Positions 9,914-18,645 of a stretch of 64,000 nt of DNA are shown piece after piece; position 1 is the stretch's first letter; each line of letters begins with the position of its first letter. The stretch lies in IMG/VR virus record IMGVR_UViG_3300027963_000064; one strand, given 5' to 3'. The position numbers were made by a program, and so were the translations under genes. The notes beneath the pieces were generated by a model. The model was not told the DNA's origin. It did not search any database and worked only from the letters and a program-made list of their open reading frames with translations. This DNA is from an uncultured virus (IMG/VR IMGVR_UViG_3300027963_000064). Taxonomy: Duplodnaviria > Heunggongvirae > Uroviricota > Caudoviricetes.

Positions 9914-10270
9914 TCACCACCAGCTATCATACACTACCGATAGTCCACTGTCAAGAGCCTTGCGGGCAACCGCAATAAACTCTACGTCCTGCTGCCGATA
10001 AGTATCGTCACTATTACTACCAAAGAAGAAACCGGCAGTCGCGGGCAAACTATTAGAATCAAGAGCCTGCTCCAAACTATCCAAGTCTTCCTTAGTAAGA
10101 CTGACCGGAACGCAGTTGAATTCAGCACCATTTTCGTTGGCGTTGGGACAACCCTTGGAATTCCACAGGTTTTCCATCCAGCCTTGAAGATTAGGATGCT
10201 TTCTCCAATATGCCAATTCAGTCTTGTTATTATCTTTATCAACAGCGTATGCGAACTGATCCAAACCCAT
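9914..10270 (-). CDS. Conserved phage protein (MGLD...YWRK...YDSWW type)
   Basis: MGLDQFAY, AYWRKHPNLQGWM, GFFFG and terminal YDSWW motifs; AGGAG RBS. Confidence 0.8.
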   Translation of the reverse strand: MGLDQFAYAVDKDNNKTELAYWRKHPNLQGWMENLWNSKGCPNANENGAEFNCVPVSLTKEDLDSLEQALDSNSLPATAGFFFGSNSDDTYRQQDVEFIAVARKALDSGLSVVYDSWW

Positions 10271-10385
10271 TGTTATCTCCTAGTTAGTGGAACCGACAAC
10301 CTATACTGGTCTAACGTCCAGTTGCGTTTTTGACTTCCACCGCTTATAAGGTTATCGGCAATTCTACTCTATAGACTTTAGAAAA

Positions 10386-10631
10386 TCAAGAGGCCGAAGC
10401 CACGGCGACTTCCGCTTCCACCTTCTCGGGCTGAAGCGAAGCCTCAGTGATTCCCGCGACCCTAGCTCGCCACACCTTGAATCCCTGCTCCTTCAGAGCA
10501 GACACCTTGACGGGCTTGACAGCCGCGTACACACCCTCATTCTCCACGTTGGCAATCAACGTCTGAGCAATCGAATCCGTATCCAGCTTACCATCGGTCA
10601 CAACATCCAGAACAAACGTATACTTATTCAT
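10386..10631 (-). CDS. Hypothetical protein (likely start MNKYTF)
   Basis: GAGG RBS; the upstream extension of ORF 10386..10739 runs through the promoter. Confidence 0.6.
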   Translation of the reverse strand: MNKYTFVLDVVTDGKLDTDSIAQTLIANVENEGVYAAVKPVKVSALKEQGFKVWRARVAGITEASLQPEKVEAEVAVASAS

Positions 10632-10738
10632 ATCATTCCTCTTTTCTTTAGTGGTTATCAATCCCGTAACTTCAATCATTCTACCATAGTATCGTCCAGA
10701 GTCAATAGGGAACTTGAAAATTTTTTTTGGATTGGTCA

Positions 10739-10816
10739 TAAGTCGTTGGCATCAAAGGACTTACGACGAGCCGGGGCGGCCCCGTTTGATGTAAGTCTAT
10801 ATCCTATAAGGGTTTA
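10739..10816. repeat. Twin-palindrome element 3
   Basis: Palindromes start at 10739 and 10792. Confidence 0.92.
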
Positions 10817-11196
10817 CGTTCAGCATCTTTGATATCCACCGTACATCCCTGAGAACGAAGTTCAGATGCGATCTTGATGATCACATCACTGTCGTTAGTA
10901 AGGGAGTTAGGCTTACCATCAACATAGTCATTCTCAAAACTATCCCAACCACCACGCACCACATCAAGGAAGTCTTTAGTTTCCTTCAGACCCCAACCAA
11001 GATGATTACGAATGATCTTGATACAGGGAATGAAGCTATCGCGTGGAACGTAACGCACGGTCATAATAGCCTTGAGTTCGCCACACTTCGCCTCCAAAGC
11101 TTGAACGATACGCTCGTACATGTCCATATGCACACCGTTGGACACCAGATTCAGAGCCTCACGAACTGTCATTTCAACGTTAATCATAAATTCCAA
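10804..11196 (-). CDS. Ribosomal protein L7/L12 (bL12) C-terminal-domain-like protein
   Basis: IPCIKIIRNHLGWGLKETKDFLD...IASELRSQGCTVDIK resembles the bL12 CTD signature IKVVR..TGLGLKEAKDLV...L...GA.VEIK. Confidence 0.65.
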   Translation of the reverse strand: MEFMINVEMTVREALNLVSNGVHMDMYERIVQALEAKCGELKAIMTVRYVPRDSFIPCIKIIRNHLGWGLKETKDFLDVVRGGWDSFENDYVDGKPNSLTNDSDVIIKIASELRSQGCTVDIKDAERKPL

Positions 11197-11668
11197 AACT
11201 TTCTGTATACTTAGGGTCTATTTCGTAAATATCGTCAAATGTTCCGTCACGTTCTTCCAGAATATGTACCTGTCGCCCATCGGTAACTAAGGTATCATAC
11301 TTACTGTTATCCCACACATGTTCACCACCGTCACTCTCTCGTCGCCAGTGAACATCACGAATGGGATTATAATACAACTTCTCAAGATTGTCAATAGGCA
11401 AAGAGGGATAAAAATCCTTGCGAAGCATAACCTCCTCGCACTGCACCCATCCACTCACATTCTTCTTCTGTTTCTTATTTACATACTTTGCCCTAGCTAC
11501 CTTATTGACCAGCTTGCAACCCCGCATCTCTAACTGGTACTCAGCAGGATCGACATAGTATTGGTCAACCCTTTTGTTGCCCTGCATGACGTTAACTTGC
11601 CACTTGCGATAATTCTGCCCATTGAGCAGATGAAATCGTACTTCAGCGTGTAATGGTTTTGGTTTCAT
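11180..11668 (-). CDS. Hypothetical phage protein
   Basis: Preceded by TTGACA-N16-TATAAT. Confidence 0.7.
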   Translation of the reverse strand: MKPKPLHAEVRFHLLNGQNYRKWQVNVMQGNKRVDQYYVDPAEYQLEMRGCKLVNKVARAKYVNKKQKKNVSGWVQCEEVMLRKDFYPSLPIDNLEKLYYNPIRDVHWRRESDGGEHVWDNSKYDTLVTDGRQVHILEERDGTFDDIYEIDPKYTESFGIYD

Positions 11669-11730
11669 ATCTCTATTATACAGGCTTAGTTTATGTTGTC
11701 AACAGCACAAAAGATTACAGAAAGTGCAAT

Positions 11731-11985
11731 TTAATGTGGATAGTCTGGGGGATATGGGGTAGATGGTTTCTCTGGCTTTTCCTGTCCCTCGTCTGGCATC
11801 CACCACGGAGCATCCATATAATCTACATTACCGGGAGCTTCACCACAATCAATATTGTGAATACAAAAAGGATCATTATAGTTTATTCTATATGTTCCAC
11901 GCCACACACCAATAGGCTCACCATAATAGATGATCTTTTGACCATTAATAGGGCGACGAGGGCCATGAAAACTAATCCATTCCAT
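11731..11985 (-). CDS. Hypothetical protein
   Basis: MEWIS...P start and WMP motif; AGGA RBS. Confidence 0.6.
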   Translation of the reverse strand: MEWISFHGPRRPINGQKIIYYGEPIGVWRGTYRINYNDPFCIHNIDCGEAPGNVDYMDAPWWMPDEGQEKPEKPSTPYPPDYPH

Positions 11986-12499
11986 TATATATTCCTACAG
12001 ATTTGTACCCAAGTATCAATCAATTCTTTGGCAGTTATGCCATATTCATCTGCTAAAGTCAATGCTTCTTGTCTATTAGCTTTATTAACCGCAGCCGCTT
12101 GACTTCTCAACACTCTAAGAATCTTAAGTATAGCTTCGTTTTTGTTCATCTCTTATCCTTTGTATTATTATCACACGGCTATGTAGCATTGCAATGTCTA
12201 GGCTGTTCGCCATACATAGTAAAGGATAATATCCAACGTGTGATTGTATTGGCCGTGATCTGGATGCAATCCCACATAGATTGGTACTTCTATCCAACGT
12301 ATAGCCCCGTTGGCAACCCCATCGTAGCCTCTAACCACAATAGGTTTATCGAAATAGGCTATCCCAACCTAGTCCCTTGGCACGGACTCACGGATGTTTG
12401 TATTGTAAAGCAGATAGGGTTGAGCCATACTCGACAGCCATTTAACCGTGGCTACTTTGATATCATTCTGCCAGCGGCCCTCATCTGCTTGTCTCTACA

Positions 12500-12829
12500 T
12501 TATACCAAACGATTCTTTCCTGTCAAGTGTCGATTTTTGTATTCTTTGATGTCGCCGTGCTGAACAATCTTTTCTTCTTCGTAAGGCACTGCCACACGAC
12601 GATAGAATTCTTGCTTTACATTCTCAAGTACGCCCGTGAGCATAGCAACCTTCGCATATGAAGTATTGCCCATCACTTGACCAATCAATCTACTCATACA
12701 GTAATTCAAATCACCCAGCACAACCATTACATCTTCATTATCTAATTCTGAAAAGTTAGTAATGATGTTAGCCAGATCATCTATGGCCCCATCTAATACC
12801 TTACGACTTGTTTCATCAATATATGGCAT
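12500..12829 (-). CDS. Conserved phage protein (MPYI...GDLNY...EFYRR...PYEE.K type)
   Basis: Recognisable motif; start moved to MPYID. Confidence 0.7.
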   Translation of the reverse strand: MPYIDETSRKVLDGAIDDLANIITNFSELDNEDVMVVLGDLNYCMSRLIGQVMGNTSYAKVAMLTGVLENVKQEFYRRVAVPYEEEKIVQHGDIKEYKNRHLTGKNRLV

Positions 12830-12958
12830 TATATTTCTTTCTGTGTTACGTTCGATGATGAACAATCCATACACATGCTATTGTCGTATGGCCCACCAAC
12901 TACATTGCCATCCTTATCAACCCAAGCATCGTATCCTATGTTGCTGCTGCCACACTCA

Positions 12959-13165
12959 CTACATATTGTACTCATTTCGCCACCCCTTTTCAATATCTTT
13001 GCGTGTTCGTTGACGCTTGGGCCTGTTGTCCATAACCGTATCCCGATGCTCTCTGTGTCCCGTAGGAACTTCCCACGGCTTCTTGACCTTGAGCTTGACC
13101 ACGTTGCGGCGTGGCCTCATATCTTCGTTGTTGTGGTGCATAATCATGCCATTGTCCATTCTCAT
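12959..13165 (-). CDS. Small basic protein, overlapping the upstream ORF
   Basis: R/K-rich; has its own promoter at 13180-13241. Confidence 0.5.
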   Translation of the reverse strand: MRMDNGMIMHHNNEDMRPRRNVVKLKVKKPWEVPTGHREHRDTVMDNRPKRQRTRKDIEKGWRNEYNM

Positions 13166-13385
13166 GTAGGTAAAAGACTTTATCGACGTTTGGATCGTAA
13201 GCCATTAAACAATATTGTACCGGATAAACCACCTTTGTCAAGGCCGGTTTCTGTGGCATTTGGGGGAATTTAATATCACCTTTTTGGTAATCTTTGAGTC
13301 CCGTATACGCCAAGCCCACTAGGGTAATCAGTATCCCAACCCACTGAATCATCTCTCCACTCCCTTTTACACACTTCTTGTCCAT
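12990..13385 (-). CDS. Membrane-anchored protein with Q/G/Y-rich tail (likely start MIQWVG)
   Basis: N-terminal TM; GGAG RBS before MIQW. Confidence 0.55.
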   Translation of the reverse strand: MDKKCVKGSGEMIQWVGILITLVGLAYTGLKDYQKGDIKFPQMPQKPALTKVVYPVQYCLMAYDPNVDKVFYLHENGQWHDYAPQQRRYEATPQRGQAQGQEAVGSSYGTQRASGYGYGQQAQASTNTQRY

Positions 13386-13440
13386 ACACTAGTTATCGAC
13401 ACTCTACGGATAGGACTTTAGGCTTTCTCAAAATTTGTTC

Positions 13441-13518
13441 TAAGTCTTTAATTGATAAGGGTTTACGTCAAATCGCCCCGGCCCCGCCCGCCATAAGTCT
13501 AATGGTAGCAAGGGTTTA
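13441..13518. repeat. Twin-palindrome element 4
   Basis: Palindromes start at 13441 and 13494. Confidence 0.92.
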
Positions 13519-13520
13519 CG

Positions 13521-13751
13521 TCATTCTATTTCCCAATCTGCTAATTTCATTACAACTTCCGTAGGAATAACCTGAGTTAATTTATCTGCATTAGTATAAT
13601 CACGATATCCACGCTCATCTATATAAAAATATTCATCTAATACGTCATGCTCGTTACTTTCCCACAATACTTGTGCTGCCGCTTCACTCTCTGATTTACT
13701 AGTGCTGAAAATAAGTTGTAGACTTCCGCATTGAATATAATACTTAGACAT
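13521..13751 (-). CDS. Hypothetical protein (likely start MSKYYI)
   Basis: GGGG RBS; coupled to the kinase-like gene. Confidence 0.6.
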   Translation of the reverse strand: MSKYYIQCGSLQLIFSTSKSESEAAAQVLWESNEHDVLDEYFYIDERGYRDYTNADKLTQVIPTEVVMKLADWEIE

Positions 13752-14280
13752 TTGATCCCCTTTGCTGTTGACAAACCACGCAGTTGCACTCATCTTCGTC
13801 ATCATCATACGGGTCAACTACACAATCTTCATCGTACACACTCTCACTGCCAAAGTCAATGCACACTAAGACTTTCTTACGGTTGCGACGAACAAAGCCC
13901 ACATTACCAATATGATTATCCATAAACTCGACACCAAGGATGCGTAGCATATTGTCTGTCAAGTCTTGAATCTGACTCTCATACATGTAATAGTAATCTT
14001 CATCACAATCGCCACAGCTACACTCATTACCACCGCAGCCAATCATCTGTGCAATCTCTGTAATATATCCCCAATCTGACAATGAGCCATTGCTCATACG
14101 AATCTTTCCAACTTGACTCAGAACTTCTGGAGCCATGTCCCAAGCTGACAATTTAGATTGAACGGTGTGAGCATATGTAGCCTCACCCTTGTCGCTAAAC
14201 TCTTTAAACCCACGCTTACTATCAATAACATAGAAAGCTGAACGGCTTCCACAGTTTTCATAACTTCCAACAATCGTCAT
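13744..14280 (-). CDS. Protein kinase-like fold protein
   Basis: Gly loop CGSRSAFY, Lys in GFKEF, catalytic loop MDNHIGNVG, IDFG. Confidence 0.7.
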   Translation of the reverse strand: MTIVGSYENCGSRSAFYVIDSKRGFKEFSDKGEATYAHTVQSKLSAWDMAPEVLSQVGKIRMSNGSLSDWGYITEIAQMIGCGGNECSCGDCDEDYYYMYESQIQDLTDNMLRILGVEFMDNHIGNVGFVRRNRKKVLVCIDFGSESVYDEDCVVDPYDDDEDECNCVVCQQQRGSNV

Positions 14281-14289
14281 ATTACATCC

Positions 14290-15024
14290 TTAGTGATTGA
14301 GAAACAAAACGTTAGCCAGACCCTTGACGCACAGATTACATTCTACACTATCTTTCGTACCAGTGCAAGTGACACCACCAGCCTGACGACCACGCCGCAT
14401 CTCGGGGCAAGTGATATACCGCTCGTTGTCGATGATAGCTAGCTTCGGCAGGGCTTTTCGCCATGCTTCGACTTTTGCCTTGCCTCTTGGCTTCTTTGGA
14501 CTATAGACATTATCCGTGTCGCACCATGCGAAGTATTTGAAACCGGCATTGCTTGCTGCTTCTTTATGATCGCTATTGTGTACGCTAGCATATACCACCA
14601 TATACTTAGAAAGTTGATTTACAATACGACTATCATAGATATGAGAGTAGACCCACATCTCTGGCAACTCTTTACCCTCTGACAATAGGCTCTCACAAGC
14701 CCATACGATATTACCAACATATTCGCAGTCTAGTTCACCATTCTTAAAGAAATCGCCCCGTTCATGCCAACGGATCGCAACTTCTTTCTTGATAGCTTCC
14801 ACGATCATAGCACGAATAAGATTCTTCTCTGTAATCATATTCCGCAATCCAACCGCTCGGCTATTCTTAAAGATATTCTCAGTGTTCTCAGCATAACAGC
14901 CGTTACCCAAGAAATCGCATGTAGATGGGCAAGTATCGCCCACAGCACGACTCACCACCAAGCACCCGTCACCCAACTTCTCGTTACCCTTACTGAATTG
15001 CATAATTGTCTCCCTTGTGTTCAT
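14290..15024 (-). CDS. Gp88-like (radical-SAM-related, Cys-rich) phage protein
   Basis: TCPSTC....GCYA, IRWHERGDF, VYSH, TCPE...C...CNLC. Confidence 0.65.
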   Translation of the reverse strand: MNTRETIMQFSKGNEKLGDGCLVVSRAVGDTCPSTCDFLGNGCYAENTENIFKNSRAVGLRNMITEKNLIRAMIVEAIKKEVAIRWHERGDFFKNGELDCEYVGNIVWACESLLSEGKELPEMWVYSHIYDSRIVNQLSKYMVVYASVHNSDHKEAASNAGFKYFAWCDTDNVYSPKKPRGKAKVEAWRKALPKLAIIDNERYITCPEMRRGRQAGGVTCTGTKDSVECNLCVKGLANVLFLNH

Positions 15025-15105
15025 TCATCATACCATATACATCGTCAACGTCAAGAGAAATCTTTAGAAAATCTTTGGCATGGTATTTGCTAGAGAGATT
15101 TGTCG

Positions 15106-15183
15106 TAAAGTGTTGGTAGATAAGGACTTATGAAAAACGCGGCCCGCCCCGCATGTCCTAAACACTTATAGAATAACGACTTA
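15106..15183. repeat. Twin-palindrome element 5
   Basis: Palindromes start at 15106 and 15159. Confidence 0.92.
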
Positions 15184-15195
15184 CATCAAATAAAA

Positions 15196-15269
15196 CGAGA
15201 GCGACGGGACTTGAACCCGCAACCTCTAGCGTGACAGGCTAGCGATCTAACCAATTGATCTACGCTCCC
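15196..15269 (-). tRNA. tRNA-Asp (GUC)
   Basis: Cloverleaf; CTAGC-CTGTCAC-GCTAG anticodon arm. Confidence 0.93.
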
Positions 15270-15274
15270 ATTAA

Positions 15275-15347
15275 TGACCCTATGGAGATTCGAACTCCAG
15301 TGTCCACCGTGAAAGGGTGGCATCCTAGTCCACTAGATGATAGGGCC
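15275..15347 (-). tRNA. tRNA-Glu (UUC)
   Basis: Cloverleaf; CCACC-CTTTCAC-GGTGG. Confidence 0.92.
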
Positions 15348-15351
15348 AAAA

Positions 15352-15423
15352 CACATAGGGTAGGAGTCGAACCTACATCTGACAAATTAACAGTTTGGGG
15401 CATTACCATTATGCTACCTATGT
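15352..15423 (-). tRNA. tRNA-Asn (GUU)
   Basis: ACATAGG/CCTATGT acceptor stem; CAAA-CTGTTAA-TTTG. Confidence 0.85.
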
Positions 15424-15427
15424 ATAG

Positions 15428-15498
15428 TTCCGGGACTACGATTCGAACGTAGAAAAAAGGAACCAAAATCCTTTGTGATACCGTTTCACCATCCCGGA
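15428..15498 (-). tRNA. tRNA-Gln (UUG)
   Basis: TCCGGGA/TCCCGGA acceptor stem; AAGGA-TTTTGGT-TCCTT. Confidence 0.88.
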
Positions 15499-15499
15499 G

Positions 15500-15572
15500 A
15501 GCCGATGGCCGGGAACGATCCGGCGACATTTAGTTTACAAAACTAACGCTCTACCAACTGAGCTACATCGGC
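15500..15572 (-). tRNA. tRNA-Thr (UGU)
   Basis: GCCGATG/CATCGGC acceptor stem; TTAGT-TTTGTAA-ACTAA; atypical T loop ATCGTTC. Confidence 0.88.
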
Positions 15573-15713
15573 ACCATCGCAACTCAAACATCAGCCTCCG
15601 CTTCATCAATATTGTACCATTCGTTAGAGTCATCATACTCTATGATTTCTTCATAGATATCCTCATAATAATCTACGTCGCCCAACACATATTCGTTATA
15701 GATATAATAGACA

Positions 15714-15968
15714 TTAGGCTCGCTCATAGATCATCTTCTCCAAATCTTCTCTGCGTAGGGGGCAACTACCAGTACGTTTAGGCATACCAGCATCAATCCA
15801 CAAACGTACCACTTCAGGAGAACTATCATATGGGGTTATATCCGCAGTAGTTTCTTTACCAAATTGATCAACGACAATATGCCATGCCTTAACATTATCT
15901 TCCTCATAATCATGTTCAATCCTACAATTGTAGCCCTTGTAGAAGAAGAATTCATCTCGCCATGACAT
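15714..15968 (-). CDS. Hypothetical protein
   Basis: AAGGAG RBS; sigma70-like promoter at 16013-16041. Confidence 0.7.
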   Translation of the reverse strand: MSWRDEFFFYKGYNCRIEHDYEEDNVKAWHIVVDQFGKETTADITPYDSSPEVVRLWIDAGMPKRTGSCPLRREDLEKMIYERA

Positions 15969-16041
15969 AACTCACTCCTTAGTTGATATTTGTGGATACG
16001 CCTCATCCTCATATTATACTCACAATCCTTATGAATGTCAA

Positions 16042-16114
16042 TGGGTCATGAAGGACTTGAACCTTCAACCTACGGATTAAAAGTCCGATGCTCTGCCGAT
16101 TGAGCTAATGACCC
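16042..16114 (-). tRNA. tRNA-Lys (UUU)
   Basis: GGGTCAT/ATGACCC acceptor stem; CGGA-CTTTTAA-TCCG; own TTGACA-N17-TATACT promoter at 16131-16159. Confidence 0.93.
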
Positions 16115-16342
16115 GCACAGTCTACACCTCAGTATAGCTATAGCTGTCTACGTTGTCAAGATATGCTCCCTGAACCTTCTCAAACACATCCATCCACGTT
16201 GCATCAATATCCACGGGAATAATCAAATCCATCAACGATTGACCATCTTCAGTCTTAATGTCATAAACATGCACATTCTTCATAAAATCTCCTTTTAGCT
16301 GACTATGGCGAAAAACACATGACCCGCCTAGATAGGCAGAGA

Positions 16343-16400
16343 CTTCCCCAGCTTATCTATCTTACCTAGATTACCCATCTTACCTATCTTACGCACTCAT
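16343..16400. repeat. Degenerate 9-bp tandem repeat (NTTACCYAN), second copy
   Basis: cttccccag cttatctat cttacctag attacccat cttacctat cttacgcac. Confidence 0.6.
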
Positions 16401-16595
16401 CCCATCTATCTCATTTCTCACATCTTGCCCAATCTGCCTAAGTTGCCAATTTATATATTCCGCGTAAACCAGAAAGTCTATCGTATCTTGTTCAGGTTGT
16501 ATATATTCTCTATCATCCATATTCTATCCTCCTACACCTAGTGTACCCTATATATCGGATCGTGTCAAGCACTTTCTTTAGGTAAAAACTTGACG

Positions 16596-16673
16596 TAAGT
16601 ATATGGTAGTAAACGACTTATGACAAATTTTCCCCGCCCGCCGCGTCGTAAGTCCTTATCTCATAAGGGTTTA
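16596..16673. repeat. Twin-palindrome element 6
   Basis: Palindromes start at 16596 and 16649. Confidence 0.92.
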
Positions 16674-16897
16674 CGTTGCGGAAGTTGCTCAATTTTCTTG
16701 AGTGTGTCTGCCACCCCTTGAAAATCAAGAAAGCCGATCACATCTTCTGTAAGGCCCGTGTCGTATACGATCTCACTACCATGCAGGATAGCAATCTCAA
16801 ATAGTCCACGATCACTACCGTAGCTCATATCATTAGATACAATGCTCGCGGAATAACCGTTATCAAACTCTACAAACTTTTGATATCCAAGTTTCAT
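16661..16897 (-). CDS. Conserved phage protein (FDNGY.AS...SYG...GLFEIA type)
   Basis: Recognisable small-phage-protein motif; AGGA RBS. Confidence 0.75.
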   Translation of the reverse strand: MKLGYQKFVEFDNGYSASIVSNDMSYGSDRGLFEIAILHGSEIVYDTGLTEDVIGFLDFQGVADTLKKIEQLPQRKPL

Positions 16898-17058
16898 ATT
16901 ATTTCCTTTGTATTAACCAAACATTTCATATTCTTCATCAGTCAACGCTACTTCATCTGGACGATAACATCCGTTACCATACAACTCACGATTAGTTGGA
17001 CGCTTTGCCCACTCATCCATGAATTTGTTATATTCTTCAATACGCTTTTCTTCTTCAG

Positions 17059-17325
17059 TCAAAAGTTATCTCCAATATAGTCGTAATCATCACCATAAAA
17101 ACCGTAAGCCTCATCGTCGCAAAAGTGTCCATAATCCTCATCCGTTCCCCATCCGCAGGAAGTCATCGCGGAATCATGATCACCATCCATACTATCGTCA
17201 TGGTAATCGTGGTAATCGTCATAGAGAGCGTCAGCAGTATCATCATGGATTTCCATGTCATCATCCTCATAAGAGTTATCGGCATCGAACAACGGGTCAG
17301 GGTGGCTCATGTTATTAGTCCTCAA
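17059..17325 (-). CDS. Extremely Asp-rich protein (GWGTDEDYG motif; likely start MSHPD)
   Basis: About one third D/E and no K/R after the MSHPD start; GAGG RBS. Confidence 0.7.
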   Translation of the reverse strand: MRTNNMSHPDPLFDADNSYEDDDMEIHDDTADALYDDYHDYHDDSMDGDHDSAMTSCGWGTDEDYGHFCDDEAYGFYGDDYDYIGDNF

Positions 17326-17375
17326 GTGTGCAGGTAAGGTAAAGAAAGAAAATGCAAATTAGAATGAACGCCATA

Positions 17376-17546
17376 TTACACAGTATACTCCTCTGGAATG
17401 AATTCGTCAACAACGCCCACCACATCCGCCCAATCCCAAAAATCTACATTGTAAGAGGGATCGTCAATCGGCTCGACCATCGGATCGGAAACAATGCCCA
17501 ACGCGGCGAGATCGTTCAGAAGGTCGTTTGCAAAATCGTAGCTCAT
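17376..17546 (-). CDS. Acidic microprotein (56 aa, not in the ORF track)
   Basis: MSYDFANDLLNDLAALGIVSDPMVEPIDDPSYNVDFWDWADVVGVVDEFIPEEYTV; AAGGAG RBS and promoter upstream. Confidence 0.65.
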   Translation of the reverse strand: MSYDFANDLLNDLAALGIVSDPMVEPIDDPSYNVDFWDWADVVGVVDEFIPEEYTV

Positions 17547-17798
17547 GGGTTTCTCCTTGTGTGTTGATTCTATACCTTAGATCGTCACTTGTCAAGCACT
17601 ACTTGAGATTATTTTTTTCGCGGATCACACCCTCAATGCGGGCGATTTCCAAACGCAACTCAGCAACTTTTCCAAACTGACGAGCCGCACGATAGTTATC
17701 CATGTCCATCCGAAGGCTCACGATACGGTAATTCATTTCTTCAATCGTCATCTCTTTTCTCCTTGTGCAATTCATTCTATATTAGATATCGGCCAGTG

Positions 17799-18032
17799 TC
17801 AAGCCCGTTCTTCAATATTTTCCAGATAATCGCTTTCGGAAAAAATCAGATCCTGAAGCGATGCGATTTGTTGCTTGATCTTGATCCTAATTTCAGCAGG
17901 AACACCATCATCCAAACGATCCTGAAGATCGACCACCTTGGATTGCATCCTGCTGATATTCTGAATAATCTTTTCTCTCATCTGATCCTCTCTTGTGTAA
18001 TTCATTCTACAATATATATCGGCCCGTGTCAA
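17799..18032 (-). CDS. Small coiled-coil protein (likely start MREKII)
   Basis: GAGG RBS; promoter at 18004-18044. Confidence 0.55.
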   Translation of the reverse strand: MTRADIYCRMNYTREDQMREKIIQNISRMQSKVVDLQDRLDDGVPAEIRIKIKQQIASLQDLIFSESDYLENIEERA

Positions 18033-18093
18033 GCAAAATCTTCAGAGAATTTTCAAAATATTTTTGGCACAGCTTTTGCGTCATGACTTGACG

Positions 18094-18171
18094 TAAGTGT
18101 ATGCCAGCAAAGGACTTACGCTTCGCGGGGCGGCGGCGATTCGCCCTAAGTCCTTGTGGGATATAGACTTA
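18094..18171. repeat. Twin-palindrome element 7
   Basis: Palindromes start at 18094 and 18147. Confidence 0.92.
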
Positions 18172-18190
18172 GAGCGAGTGTCGCACGTTC

Positions 18191-18580
18191 TTAGAACATA
18201 CAGGCCATGCCCGTACTGTACAAAAGTCTACCGAAAATCGAACGGTAGCAATCCTTTACACGTTCAGCGTAAAAGTTACGAATTTCACCGTTTGACAATT
18301 CGCAAGTAACCAGCGTGTTACTACGCTCAAACTGGCTATCATATCTACGATAATTACTCGTAGCATTCAGATATCCAATCTGCTCTTTCATATCACGCTT
18401 TGAGATTACCTTGGCAAGATAACGCTCGTACTCTCCCGTGAGAGGCTGGAGATAGTGAAAGTTGTAAACTTCACCAAGATTCGCTGAAGATAGCGAACCG
18501 TACACTCCGCGATACACACAATAGATCATCGTGCAAAACAGAAAGAACACAACAGCACACAACACAACATAATCACTCAT
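18191..18580 (-). CDS. Membrane-anchored hypothetical protein
   Basis: N-terminal TM; GAGGT RBS. Confidence 0.65.
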   Translation of the reverse strand: MSDYVVLCAVVFFLFCTMIYCVYRGVYGSLSSANLGEVYNFHYLQPLTGEYERYLAKVISKRDMKEQIGYLNATSNYRRYDSQFERSNTLVTCELSNGEIRNFYAERVKDCYRSIFGRLLYSTGMACMF

Positions 18581-18645
18581 ACTTAAACACCTCTTTTGCT
18601 AATTGAAAAACACTTACAACAGTCTACCATACTTATTGGCAGTTG

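Noticed and set aside
15255..15529. ORFs 15255..15452 and 15260..15529
   Set aside because: They overlap the tRNA cluster.
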